A stretch of DNA of 64,000 nucleotides from Eggerthellaceae bacterium. GTDB taxonomy: Bacteria > Actinomycetota > Coriobacteriia > Coriobacteriales > Eggerthellaceae. The stretch covers positions 5,920 through 69,919 of the forward strand of contig JALCHN010000005.1 of assembly GCA_022644775.1 (NCBI GenBank). The letters run 5' to 3'. Each line of letters starts with the position of its first letter. The stretch's first letter is position 1. This document shows positions 33,882-45,855 of this stretch, piece after piece. Below the pieces are notes generated by a model. That model saw only the letters and a list, made by a program, of their open reading frames with translations, was not told where the DNA came from and made no database searches. The translations under genes and the position numbers were made by a program.

Positions 33882-35993
33882 CTACTTGTTCTTCTTCTTG
33901 CCCTTCGCCTTGGCAGGCGCGAGCTTTCCGAAGTCGGCCACGTCGCGGAAGACCGCCACGAAGCGATTGAGCAGACGCAGGCGGTTCTCGCGCAGCTTCT
34001 GGTCCTCGTCCATGATCATGACGGCGTCGAAGAAGGCGTCGATCGGGCCGCGCAGCTCGGCCAGCTGGGTGAGGGCCGCGGCGTAGTCGCCCACTTCGAG
34101 CGCCTGCGGCACGCGGGCGGCCGCCACGTCGATGGCTTCGGAGAGCGCCTTCTCCTCGGCGCCGAACAGGACCGCGTCGGTGTCCTCGCCGAGCTTGGCG
34201 TCGCGCAGGTTGTTGGCGCGCGCGTAGGCCGTGGCCAAATCGACCATGACGTCGGGCATCTGGGCGCGAGCGGCTTCAAGCGCGCGCGTGCGAGCGCAGA
34301 CCACGGCCGGCTCGTCGACGCCCGCGGCGAGCACGGCGTCGATCGCGTCGGCGGTCGCCCCGGCGTCGCGCAGGATCACCTTGGTGCGGGTGATGAAGAA
34401 ATCGACGACCTCGGCGCGCACGGCCGCGCTGTCGAAGGCGACGCCCTGGTCGGCCAAGGCCGCAAGGGCCACGTCGATTGCGGCGCCCAACGACACGGGC
34501 AGGCCCTCGTCGAGCATGTTGACGATGCCGATCGCGCTGCGGCGCAAAGCGAAGGGGTCGCTCGAGCCCGTGGGCCCCTGCCCCACGCTGAACAGGCCGC
34601 ACACCGTGTCGAGCTTGTCGGCAAAGGCGGTGAGCTTGCCCACCAGGGTGTCGGGCGCAGCTTCGCCGGCGAAGCGCGGCTGGTAGTGCTGGCCGATGGC
34701 CTGGGCCACCTGGTCGGTCTCGCCGGCGGCCTTGGCGTAGTAGCTGCCCATCACGCCCTGGACGCTCGTGAACTCGATTACGGCGTTGGTCACCAGGTCG
34801 GCCTTGCACAGGTAGCAGGCGCGCGACAGGTCGGCGGCGTCCGCTTCGGAAAGCCCGGCGTCGCGACCCAGGTGGTCGGCGAGCTTCACCAGACGGGCGG
34901 TCTTGTCGCGCACGGTGCCCAAGGATTCCTGGAACACGACCGTGTCGAGCTTTTCGACGTAGGCTTCAAGCGGCTTCTTCAGGTCCTCTTCGTAGAAGAA
35001 CTTGGCGTCGTCCAAGCGGGCGCGCACGACGCGCTCGTTGCCGTCGCGAATGGTGTCGGAGCAGGCCGGGTCGCCGTTGCTCACGATGATGAAGCGGTTG
35101 GTGAGCTTGTGGTCGGCATTGTAAAGCGGGAAGTAGCGCTGGTGCATGAGCATCGCGTCGACGATGATTTCTTCGGGCACCTGCAGGAACTCTTCGTCGA
35201 ACGTGCCGCACAGGGGCGTGGGGTATTCGGAAAGGTTCACCACTTCGAGCAGGGTCTTCGCCGGCAGCTCGGCCGTGAAGCCGGTCTCTTCTTCGATCTT
35301 CGCCACGCCGGCGCGGATGATGGACTCGCGCTCCTCTTCGCTGGGCACCACGTAGGCGGCGCGCACGACGTCGAGCAGGTGGGCGGCGGTGTCGACCGTA
35401 TGGGCGCCCGGCGCGAGCACGCGATGGCCCCAGGTCTCGTTGCCCGACACGGCGCCGGCGAAGGTCACGGGCAGCACCGCTTCGTCGAGCATCGCGACGA
35501 TCCAGCGCACAGGGCGCACGAAGTAGTCGCGGTACGTTGCCCAGCGCTGGCTGCGCGGCCACTTCAAATCGACGATGAACTGCGTGAGGATCGCGGGCAG
35601 CAGGTCGGCGACCGGCTGGGCGGGGATGCTCTTCTTGGCGAAGACGTAGTCGACGCCTTTCACCTCGCGGCGTTCCAAGTCGTCGACGGTGAGTCCTTTG
35701 CCGCGGGCGAAGCCGATCGCGGCCTTGGTGGGGTTGCCGTCGGCATCGAAGGCCACCTTGGCGGCAGGCCCCCGGTACTCCTCTTCGAGCGCGGGCGTTT
35801 CGTCGGCCACGCCCTGGCCCATCACGATCAGGCGACGTGGGCTCGAGAGCACCTCGATCGACTCGTAGGGGATGCGGGCCTCATCGAAGGCGGCCGGCAC
35901 CATCTGGCGCAGCTGCTTGGTTGCGGAATGCAGATCGAACGCGGGAATCTCCTCGACGCCGATTTCGAATGCGAGCGTATGCGTGCGAGCCAT
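33882..35993 (-). CDS. glyS: glycine--tRNA ligase beta subunit
   Basis: 703 aa beginning MARTHTLAFEIGVEEIPA. It lies 2 nt after the glyQ stop. Confidence 0.93.
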   Translation of the reverse strand: MARTHTLAFEIGVEEIPAFDLHSATKQLRQMVPAAFDEARIPYESIEVLSSPRRLIVMGQGVADETPALEEEYRGPAAKVAFDADGNPTKAAIGFARGKGLTVDDLERREVKGVDYVFAKKSIPAQPVADLLPAILTQFIVDLKWPRSQRWATYRDYFVRPVRWIVAMLDEAVLPVTFAGAVSGNETWGHRVLAPGAHTVDTAAHLLDVVRAAYVVPSEEERESIIRAGVAKIEEETGFTAELPAKTLLEVVNLSEYPTPLCGTFDEEFLQVPEEIIVDAMLMHQRYFPLYNADHKLTNRFIIVSNGDPACSDTIRDGNERVVRARLDDAKFFYEEDLKKPLEAYVEKLDTVVFQESLGTVRDKTARLVKLADHLGRDAGLSEADAADLSRACYLCKADLVTNAVIEFTSVQGVMGSYYAKAAGETDQVAQAIGQHYQPRFAGEAAPDTLVGKLTAFADKLDTVCGLFSVGQGPTGSSDPFALRRSAIGIVNMLDEGLPVSLGAAIDVALAALADQGVAFDSAAVRAEVVDFFITRTKVILRDAGATADAIDAVLAAGVDEPAVVCARTRALEAARAQMPDVMVDLATAYARANNLRDAKLGEDTDAVLFGAEEKALSEAIDVAAARVPQALEVGDYAAALTQLAELRGPIDAFFDAVMIMDEDQKLRENRLRLLNRFVAVFRDVADFGKLAPAKAKGKKKNK

Positions 35994-35994
35994 G

Positions 35995-36921
<927 letters not shown>

Positions 36922-37007
36922 GCCTTCCAATGCTCCTCCTTGAACGGGGCGCGCTGATCGCGCGCCCATCGAAAACGAACAGCGGGCCGTGCGGGCCCGC
37001 GCATTGC

Positions 37008-37562
37008 CTATGACAAACCGCCGATGCGGTTCAGGGGCCAGTAGATCGCGACCGCCTTGCCTGTCACGTTCGATACGGGCACCGCCCCGAAGGACCGCGA
37101 GTCGGCCGAATTGGTGCGGTTGTCCCCCATCACCCAGATGCAGCCATCGGGCACCGTGTAGGGGAAGCTCACCTCGACCGCGGTCGACGAGAGCGGGTAG
37201 CTCGGCAGGCCGTGGGTATAGGGTTCGGCAAGCGGGGTGTCGTCGACGTAGACCACGCCGTCGCGCAAATCGACCGTTTGGCCGCCCGTGGCGATCACGC
37301 GCTTGATAAGGGTGCGGCCCGGGTTCACCGGGTCGTCGAAGGTGACGATGTCGCCGGCTTGAACGTCGCGCGTGTAGTAGGTGATCTTCTCCGAGAAGAT
37401 GCGGTCGCCCGTCATGATCGTGGTCTCCATCGACCCCGAGGGAATCTCGTAGGGGGCGATCACGAAGGTCCGCAGGCCCCACACGCAGGCGAGCACCACG
37501 ACGACCATGAGCACAAGGCGCAGAAAGCCATGCGAGCGCGTCTCTTGGTGCTGTTGTGCCAT
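37008..37562 (-). CDS. lepB: signal peptidase I
   Basis: Has an N-terminal TM helix, the catalytic-Ser box [10 protein letters not shown] and the motifs [11 protein letters not shown] and KRVIA. The start is the ATG at 37562 (MAQQHQ). Confidence 0.9.
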   Translation of the reverse strand: MAQQHQETRSHGFLRLVLMVVVVLACVWGLRTFVIAPYEIPSGSMETTIMTGDRIFSEKITYYTRDVQAGDIVTFDDPVNPGRTLIKRVIATGGQTVDLRDGVVYVDDTPLAEPYTHGLPSYPLSSTAVEVSFPYTVPDGCIWVMGDNRTNSADSRSFGAVPVSNVTGKAVAIYWPLNRIGGLS

Positions 37563-37623
37563 TGGTTGCCTTTCGTAAGCGACGACGTGCGGTCCTCCCC
37601 GCACAAACGCCCATGATACCGCT

Positions 37624-38367
37624 TTAGGCGCGGGGGTCGCCGGGGGCGCGTAAAGATTCTAGAAACGCGCGGTCGGCGGGCGAAAGGGTCGCCTCGTCGA
37701 GCAAGTCGGGGCGGCGGGAGGCGGTGCGGGCCAGGCTCTGCTCGCGGCGCCAGCGGTCGACCTTGGCGTGGTCGCCAGAGCGCAGCACGTCGGGCACGGA
37801 CATGCCGCGGAATTCGGCCGGGCGCGTGTACTGGGGGTACTCGAGCAGGTTGTCGTGGAAGCTTTCGTCGACGGCGCTCGCGTCGTCGCCCAACACGCCG
37901 GGCAAAAGGCGCACGACGGCGTCGATGATCACCATGCTCGCGAGCTCGCCGCTCGTGAGGACGTAGTCGCCGATCGAAAAGCAGCTGTCGGCAAGCGCGT
38001 AGGCGCGCTCGTCGATGCCCTCGTAGTGACCGCAGATGAAGAGCAGGCGGTCTTCGCGGGCGAGGCGCTGGGCGCTCGCTTCGGTGAAGGGGGTGCCGGT
38101 GGGCGTGAGGAAGATCGTATGCGGGCGTTCGGGATAGCGGGCGGCGATATCGTCGTAGGCCTCGAAGATGGGCGCGCACTTCATCACGAGCCCCTGGCCG
38201 CCGCCATAGGGTTCGTCGTCGGTCGTGCGATGACGGTCGTGCGTCCAATCGCGCAGGTCGTAGGCGCAGAAATCGAGCGCGCCCTTGTCTTGGGCGATGC
38301 GCATCATCGAAGCGCCCATGACCGACGCATACATGTCGGGGAAGGTGGAAAGGGTTTCGATGCGCAC
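37624..38367 (-). CDS. trmD: tRNA (guanine37-N1)-methyltransferase
   Basis: 247 aa; begins MRIETLSTFPDMY, with the motif LICGHYEGIDER. Confidence 0.95.
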   Translation of the reverse strand: MRIETLSTFPDMYASVMGASMMRIAQDKGALDFCAYDLRDWTHDRHRTTDDEPYGGGQGLVMKCAPIFEAYDDIAARYPERPHTIFLTPTGTPFTEASAQRLAREDRLLFICGHYEGIDERAYALADSCFSIGDYVLTSGELASMVIIDAVVRLLPGVLGDDASAVDESFHDNLLEYPQYTRPAEFRGMSVPDVLRSGDHAKVDRWRREQSLARTASRRPDLLDEATLSPADRAFLESLRAPGDPRA

Positions 38368-38368
38368 G

Positions 38369-38914
38369 CTACGCCCCCGCTTCGCGCGCGTTGTCCCGGG
38401 CCAGGTCGAGCAGGCCCTGCGGGATATGGACGAAGATCGTGCGCGCGTCTTCGTCGAAATCGGAAACGAAGGCGTCGACCACGGGGATGAGGACCTCTCC
38501 CGCCTCCCCGTGCACCACCAGGCGCGCCTGAAGGGAGCCTTCGTCTACGCCTGCCACCGTGCCCAGATCGCCCCAGGCATCGTCGACCACCTGCCAGCCC
38601 ACGAGCGTGGCCGGTTCTTCCAGGCGGTCGATATCGGGCAGGTCGTCCTTGCGCACCAGGCAGTAGGACCCTACGAGCTTTTCGGCCGTCCGCACGTCAT
38701 GCACGGTGTCGAAGGAAACTTCGAACGAGCCTTCGCGGAATTCGCGCACCGCATCGACCGCGCCGCCGAAGGGGCCGCGCAGCGTGGGCGGGACGAACCG
38801 CACATCCATATGCGGGGACAGCAGAAAAGGGAGCCCGTCTACAGCTTGCAGAACGAGGCTCCCTTCAAGGTTCCTGGTTTTTGCGATACGCGCGACCCGG
38901 GCCCAATCGCTCAT
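38369..38914 (-). CDS. rimM: 16S rRNA processing protein RimM
   Basis: Starts at the ATG at 38914 (MSDWARVARIAKTRNLEGSL), 1 nt after the KH-protein stop. It has PRC-barrel C-domain features. Confidence 0.88.
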   Translation of the reverse strand: MSDWARVARIAKTRNLEGSLVLQAVDGLPFLLSPHMDVRFVPPTLRGPFGGAVDAVREFREGSFEVSFDTVHDVRTAEKLVGSYCLVRKDDLPDIDRLEEPATLVGWQVVDDAWGDLGTVAGVDEGSLQARLVVHGEAGEVLIPVVDAFVSDFDEDARTIFVHIPQGLLDLARDNAREAGA

Positions 38915-38915
38915 G

Positions 38916-39170
38916 TTACTCAACGATCTCGACGTCGACATGAACGTTTTCGCGCGTGGCCGACGCACGGGCGAGCGTGCGGATGGCCTTGATCACGCGG
39001 CCCTGGCGGCCGATGACCTTGCCCGTGTCCTCATCGTTGACGCGCACCTCGACGAGGATGTCGCCGTCTTCGTTTTCAGACTGAACGACGTCGAGGTCTT
39101 CTTCGTGCTCGATGATCGGCTCGACAAGCGTGCGGACCAAGCCGGCGATATCCAGCGTGGATTCGGGCAT
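38916..39170 (-). CDS. KH-domain RNA-binding protein (YlqC/UPF0109)
   Basis: 84 aa with the motif GKVIGRQGRVIKAIRTL. It occupies the conserved position between rpsP and rimM. Confidence 0.9.
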   Translation of the reverse strand: MPESTLDIAGLVRTLVEPIIEHEEDLDVVQSENEDGDILVEVRVNDEDTGKVIGRQGRVIKAIRTLARASATRENVHVDVEIVE

Positions 39171-39174
39171 TCGC

Positions 39175-39420
39175 TTAAGCTTCCTTACGGGCCTGCTCGA
39201 TAAGGCGACGGACCGTGTCGCTGGGCTGAGCGCCCTTGGACAGCCACTCGTCGATCTTGGCCAGGTCGAGGTTCACCATAGAGGGCTCGACGCAGGGATT
39301 GTAGCGGCCGACTTCGTCGATGGGCTTGCTGTTACGAGCAGCGCGCTCGTCGATGACGACGACGCGGTAGTACGGTGCCTTTTTAGCGCCATGGCGGGCG
39401 AGGCGAATCTTGGTTGCCAT
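39175..39420 (-). CDS. rpsP: 30S ribosomal protein S16
   Basis: 81 aa beginning MATKIRLARHGAKKAPYYRVVV. Confidence 0.96.
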   Translation of the reverse strand: MATKIRLARHGAKKAPYYRVVVIDERAARNSKPIDEVGRYNPCVEPSMVNLDLAKIDEWLSKGAQPSDTVRRLIEQARKEA

Positions 39421-39667
39421 AGAGGTGAACTCCTTTAATCCAATATACCAGGAAGCCGAACTCCCTTAAAAACAGCGATTTAAAAGTGTAATGCCAAGAG
39501 CATATGAACGCAAGCGCTCGCGCGAAACGCTCACAATAGGCCGAAGGCTGAATAGGTGCCCAGTATCGCGCAGGTCGCCCGACGCATGCGCGGCGCCGGG
39601 CGACCTTCAAGGAATGCCTATTTCCGGTCGTCGCGTGACAACAACCTCCGTCCCCCTGTCATGCGTG

Positions 39668-41083
39668 CTACTTCTGGTCGTCGAGCATCTGCTGGAGCTT
39701 CTTCATGTCGGCCATGCTCATGCCCTGCATGCCGGGCAGGTTGCGGCGGCGCTTGCGCTTCTTGCCGCGCTTCTTGCCGCCCCCGTTGCCGCCATCGATG
39801 GCGGGCATGACCTGCTTGAGCATCTTCTTGGTCTCGTTGAACTTCTTGATGAGCTGGTTGACGTCGGTGACCGTGACGCCGGCGCCGCGGGCGATGCGGG
39901 CGCGGCGGCTGCCGTTGAGCACTTCGGGATGAACGCGCTCTTCGGCGGTCATCGAATGGATGATGACCTCCATGCGGTCGAGGGCCGACGTGTCGACCTG
40001 GCCCTGGGCGAGCGCCTTGTCGCCGCCGGGCAGGGCCGCGACGAGCTTTTGCACGCCGCCGATCTTGTGCACGCGCTTGTTCATTTCCAGGAAGTCGTTC
40101 AAGTTGAGCTGGGCCTTGAGCATGCGCTCGGTCTGCTCTTCTTCGAGCTTCTCTTCCTGGAGTTTGGAAGCCGTCTCGATCAGGCTCACCACGTCGCCCA
40201 TGCCCAGAATGCGCTTGGCCATGCGCTCGGGATGGAACTCTTCGAGCGAATCGGGCTTTTCGCCCGAGGAGATGAACTTGATGGGCTTGCCGGTGACCTC
40301 GCGGATCGAGAGTGCGCCGCCGCCGCGGGCGTCGCCGTCCATCTTCGACATGATCACGCCGTCGAAATCGACCTTTTCGGCGAAGGCCGCAGCCACGTTG
40401 ACCACGTCCTGACCGGTCATCGCGTCGACGACCATGAGAACCTGGTCGGGTTTCACGGCGGCCTTGATGTCAGCCGCTTCGTCCATCATCGCGTCGTCGA
40501 CGTGCAGGCGGCCGGCGGTGTCGATGATCACCACGTCGCGCAGGTGGTCGATGGCGTCCTGCACGCCCGCCTTGGCGATGGCCACCGGGTCTTTGGAATC
40601 GCTACGGTACACGCGCACGCCGATCTCGTTGCCGAGCGTTTCGAGCTGGTCGGCCGCGGCGGGACGGTAGACGTCGCAGGCCACGAGCAGGGGCGAATGG
40701 TCCTTGCTCTTCAGCAGGTAGGCGAGCTTGGCGGCCGCGGTCGTCTTGCCGGCGCCCTGCAGGCCCACGAGCATGATCACGTTAGGCATGCGGCTCGACA
40801 GGACGAGCTTGGAATCGGTGTCGCCCAAAAGGTGGGTGAGCTCGTCGAGCACGACCTTCACGACGTTCTGGGCCGGCGTGAGGGAATCGAGCACGTCGGC
40901 GGTCAGGCAGCGCTCCTTGGTGCGCTTGGTGAAGTCTTTGACGACCTTGTAGTTGACGTCGGCTTCGAGCAGGGCCATGCGGATCTCGCGCATGGCGGCG
41001 TTGATGTCGTCTTCGGTGAGCTTGCCCTTGCTACGCAGGCCGCCGAAGATGTTCTGAAGTCGATCGGAAAGATTGTCGAGCAT
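39668..41083 (-). CDS. ffh: signal recognition particle protein Ffh
   Basis: The canonical N-terminus MLDNLSDRLQNIF is codon 9 of track ORF 39668..41107. It has GTPase motifs (GLQGAGKTT, DTAGR) and a Met-rich M domain. Confidence 0.93.
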   Translation of the reverse strand: MLDNLSDRLQNIFGGLRSKGKLTEDDINAAMREIRMALLEADVNYKVVKDFTKRTKERCLTADVLDSLTPAQNVVKVVLDELTHLLGDTDSKLVLSSRMPNVIMLVGLQGAGKTTAAAKLAYLLKSKDHSPLLVACDVYRPAAADQLETLGNEIGVRVYRSDSKDPVAIAKAGVQDAIDHLRDVVIIDTAGRLHVDDAMMDEAADIKAAVKPDQVLMVVDAMTGQDVVNVAAAFAEKVDFDGVIMSKMDGDARGGGALSIREVTGKPIKFISSGEKPDSLEEFHPERMAKRILGMGDVVSLIETASKLQEEKLEEEQTERMLKAQLNLNDFLEMNKRVHKIGGVQKLVAALPGGDKALAQGQVDTSALDRMEVIIHSMTAEERVHPEVLNGSRRARIARGAGVTVTDVNQLIKKFNETKKMLKQVMPAIDGGNGGGKKRGKKRKRRRNLPGMQGMSMADMKKLQQMLDDQK

Positions 41084-41085
41084 GC

Positions 41086-42321
<1,236 letters not shown>

Positions 42322-42324
42322 TGG

Positions 42325-45300
42325 TTATCCTTCCGCATGGCGCAGCGCCTGATCTAAGCGCTGGCTCATTACCTTGGTCACGCCGTCGGATTGCATCGAG
42401 ATGCCGTACAGGACGTCGGCCATCTCCATCGTGCGGCGCTGGTGGGTGATCATGATGAACTGCGTGTTGTCGCGAATCGAATCGAGATAGGCGAGCAGGC
42501 GGCGCAGGTTGGTGTCGTCGAGAGCGGCCTCGATCTCGTCGAGGATGTAGAAGGGGGTCGACCGCGTCTTGTAGACGGCGAAGAGCAGGGCGAGCGCCAC
42601 GAGCGACTTCTCGCCGCCCGAAAGCAGGGACATCTTCAGGACGCGCTTGCCGCGCGGCTGGGCGTTGACCTCGATGCCGGTGTTTTCGGGGTCGGTGGGA
42701 TCGACGAGCTCGAGACTGCCGGTGCCCCCGGGGAACAGGACGCCGAAGATGGTCTGGAAGTTTTGGTTGACCTCGTCGAACGTATGCACGAAATCATCTT
42801 TCATGCGCGCGTCGATCACGTGGACGATCTTCGAGAGCGACCGGCGGGCCGCCACCATGTCGTCGAGCTGGGCCTGCAGATAGTCGTAGCGGGCCTTGAG
42901 CTCGCTGTACTCTTCGGCCGCGTCGGGGTTGATCGTCCCCATGTTCTTGATGCGGCGGCGGAGCTTGTCGGCCTGGTCCTGCACGGCGGCGCGGTCCTCG
43001 AGCCGGGGCAGGTCCTGGGCGACCTCGACCGGCGTGTCGCAATCTTCGGTGATCGCCTTCACGGCCGCCTGCACCTGCATTTCGAGTCGGCCCTTCTCTA
43101 CGCGGACGTTGGCCAGCTGGCCGTTGGCGGTATCGAAGGCCTCGTGGGTCTCGCGCGTACGCGACCGGGCGGCGTTGATCTGCTCGTGCAGGTCGGCGGA
43201 GGCCGCCTGGGATTGCGCCGACTGGGTTTCCAAGAGCTCGGTGCGACGATGGGCCGAGGCGGCCAGTCGCTCGAAGACCGCGATGAGCGGGTCGATGCGC
43301 CCGGCGGCGGCCTTCTTGCGGGCTATGTTGGCCTTGGCCTTGGCGCGGGAATCGCGCGAGGCGCGCACGTCCTGCTCGCGCGTGATGAGCATGCGGCTCG
43401 TGTAGTCGGTGCGCTCCTTGGCCGTGGCGGCCGCGAGCTTTGCTTCGGCCAGCGCGTTCTGGGCGTCGTCGACCTTGGCGCGCAGGGGCGAAAGGGCCTC
43501 GCGCAGATCGTCGATGTCGGCCTTGGCGCCTTCGACGGTGTCGGAGAGCTCCTTTTCACGTGCGTCGAGCTCGGCGGCGTCGGGCTCGGCCTTCTCGAGG
43601 GCCTTGCGGGCGGCCTGGCGTTGGGATTCGATCGCGCGCTGCTCGCGCTCGAGGGCGGAGCGCGCCTGCTGGGTGCTCTGGGCGCGCGAGCGAGCCGCGT
43701 TGGCGTCGCCCTTCTTCTGGGCGAGCGCCTGCGAGGCGTCGAGGCTTTCCGCCTGGGCGTCGCGAAGGGCGGCTTCGGCTTGGGCGACCTGGGCCTCCGA
43801 TTCGGCGAAGGCATCTTCGGCCCGGGTCGCGCGGACGCGGGCTTCTTCGAGCTTGCGGTGCTCGGCGATCGCGTCGACTGCGTCGGACGAAGGCCGCACC
43901 ACTTCGAGGGCGCCCGTGGTGCGTGCGATCGCGCCCTGGGCCGTGACGGCGCACACGCCCGGGTTGCCTGCGGCAAGGGCGCGGGCCTCGGCGAGCGTAT
44001 CGCAGACGACCACGTTGCCGAGCAGGGATTCCACGGCAGCCGCCGCATCGGCGGGATAGGAGATCTCGTCGACCAGGCGGCGGGCCGCCACGCCCGCGGG
44101 CACGGACAGGGCCCGCGCGTCGCTGGGGACGAGCAGGACCGCACCCGAAGCGCCTTCGGCGGCGGCGTCGGCGGCGAGGGCGTCGACGTCGGCGGCAGGG
44201 ACGATGAGGGCGTCCATGTCGGGGCCGAGCAGAAGCGCGATGAGGGCCGAAAGCTCGGGCGTGGCCTCGATCACGTCGGCCAGGGCGCGGGAGCCCTCCC
44301 CCGTCGCCTTCACGGTGGCGGCGAGCAGGGGGTTGGCGGCCGTACGGGCGCGACGGGCCGCTTCGAGGCTGCGCACTTCGGCCTTGGCGGCGCCGCGGGC
44401 CTCGCGGGCCGCATCGGCGGCGGCGCGCACGCGGTCGCGGGCGGCCACGGCTTCGCCCACGCGGGCGCGAGCCGCGCTATCGGCCTCTTTGGCCGCATCG
44501 ACGGCGGCCGAAGCCTCCTCGGCGTCTCGCGCGGCCTCTTCGGCCGCCTGCCGCGCTGCAGTCAGGCGCTCTTCGAGTTCGGCCGCATGGGTGCCGATCA
44601 GCTTTTCCTGCGCCCGGTTGCTCGCCAGGATCTCGCGCGTGCGGGCCTGCTTGGCGCGCACGGCCTCGAGCTGGGCCAGGGCATCGCGACGGGTGCGCGT
44701 GGCCTCGTCGAGCTTCGCCTGCACGCCGCGCTTGCGCTCCTGCAAATCGCGCGTGCGCTCGCGGGCCTCGGCGAAGCGCTTGTCGGCCGCCTCGCGGGCA
44801 ACGGCGGCTTCGTCGGCGGCCTTTTTCGCTTCGGCGCAGCGGGCGTCGAGGTCGGCGGCGGCCGCCTCGTCGGCCTGCACGCGCAGTTCCAAATCGGTGA
44901 CGTAGGTTTGGGCGGACCGCTTCTTCTCGTGGAGCAGGAGGGCCTGGGAATCGAGCTTGTCGGAGGCGGCCTGGGCGCGGCGGTACCTATCGGATGTCTT
45001 GCCGGCCGCTTCGGTGGCCGCCTGGAGCTTCTTCTGCAGGGCTTCCGATTCGGCCTCGCGCTGGGCGATGGCGGCATGGAGCCGTTGGGTCTGCGCGACG
45101 AGCTTGCCCTCGGCTTCCACCACCCCGTCCCAGGTGCCCTGCAGGGTGCGCAGGTCGTCGACGGCGAGGGCGAGCTCGATCTGGGAAAGCTCCGCCGACA
45201 CCTCTTTGTAGGCGATGGCGCGCTTGGCTTTGCGCTCGAGGGGCTTCACCTGGCGCTCGACTTCGGCCACGACGTCGCGCACGCGGGCCAGATGGTCGTC

Positions 45301-45852
45301 CATGCGCTCGAGCTTGCGCTCGCTTTTCGCCTTGCGTTGCTTGTGCTTCAGGACGCCGGCGGCCTCTTCGATGAGGGCGCGACGGTCTTCGGGCTTGCTG
45401 GCCAGGATCGAAGCCAGATGCCCCTGGGAGATGATCGAATGGGTGCCCGTGCCCAGGCCCGAATCGTGTAGGATGTCGAGCACGTCCATGCGGCGCGCCA
45501 CGACCCCGTTGATCAGGTACTCGCTTTCGCCCGACCGGTACATGCGCCGGCCGATCGACACTTCCGAATAGTCGACGGGCAGAGTGCCGTCGGAATTGTC
45601 GAGCACGAGCTCCACTTCGGCCACGCTCACGGGCTTGCGGGCGCTCGAACCGGCGAAGATCACGTCTTCCATCGACTGGCCGCGCAGGTTCTTGGCGTTG
45701 CGTTCACCGAGCACCCAGAGGACCGAATCGGAAATGTTCGATTTGCCCGACCCGTTGGGCCCCACCACCGCCGTGATGCCCGGCTCGAAGGTGAGCACGC
45801 TGCGGTCGGCGAAGGATTTGAACCCCTTCAGGACGAGAGACTTCAGATACAC
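42325..45852 (-). CDS. smc: chromosome segregation protein SMC
   Basis: 1175 aa with an N-terminal Walker A (GPNGSGKSN), long coiled coils, a hinge and the C-terminal signature LSGGEKSLVALALLFA. Confidence 0.95.
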   Translation of the reverse strand: MYLKSLVLKGFKSFADRSVLTFEPGITAVVGPNGSGKSNISDSVLWVLGERNAKNLRGQSMEDVIFAGSSARKPVSVAEVELVLDNSDGTLPVDYSEVSIGRRMYRSGESEYLINGVVARRMDVLDILHDSGLGTGTHSIISQGHLASILASKPEDRRALIEEAAGVLKHKQRKAKSERKLERMDDHLARVRDVVAEVERQVKPLERKAKRAIAYKEVSAELSQIELALAVDDLRTLQGTWDGVVEAEGKLVAQTQRLHAAIAQREAESEALQKKLQAATEAAGKTSDRYRRAQAASDKLDSQALLLHEKKRSAQTYVTDLELRVQADEAAAADLDARCAEAKKAADEAAVAREAADKRFAEARERTRDLQERKRGVQAKLDEATRTRRDALAQLEAVRAKQARTREILASNRAQEKLIGTHAAELEERLTAARQAAEEAARDAEEASAAVDAAKEADSAARARVGEAVAARDRVRAAADAAREARGAAKAEVRSLEAARRARTAANPLLAATVKATGEGSRALADVIEATPELSALIALLLGPDMDALIVPAADVDALAADAAAEGASGAVLLVPSDARALSVPAGVAARRLVDEISYPADAAAAVESLLGNVVVCDTLAEARALAAGNPGVCAVTAQGAIARTTGALEVVRPSSDAVDAIAEHRKLEEARVRATRAEDAFAESEAQVAQAEAALRDAQAESLDASQALAQKKGDANAARSRAQSTQQARSALEREQRAIESQRQAARKALEKAEPDAAELDAREKELSDTVEGAKADIDDLREALSPLRAKVDDAQNALAEAKLAAATAKERTDYTSRMLITREQDVRASRDSRAKAKANIARKKAAAGRIDPLIAVFERLAASAHRRTELLETQSAQSQAASADLHEQINAARSRTRETHEAFDTANGQLANVRVEKGRLEMQVQAAVKAITEDCDTPVEVAQDLPRLEDRAAVQDQADKLRRRIKNMGTINPDAAEEYSELKARYDYLQAQLDDMVAARRSLSKIVHVIDARMKDDFVHTFDEVNQNFQTIFGVLFPGGTGSLELVDPTDPENTGIEVNAQPRGKRVLKMSLLSGGEKSLVALALLFAVYKTRSTPFYILDEIEAALDDTNLRRLLAYLDSIRDNTQFIMITHQRRTMEMADVLYGISMQSDGVTKVMSQRLDQALRHAEG

Positions 45853-45855
45853 GCG

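Noticed and set aside
39421-39667. The ffh-rpsP spacer, containing a GC hairpin (ggtcgcccggcgcc...gggcgacc) and TATATT-like boxes. It was considered as an annotated terminator plus promoter.
   Set aside because: The hairpin lacks a T-run, and the -35/-10 assignment is ambiguous by eye. This is too uncertain to list as features.
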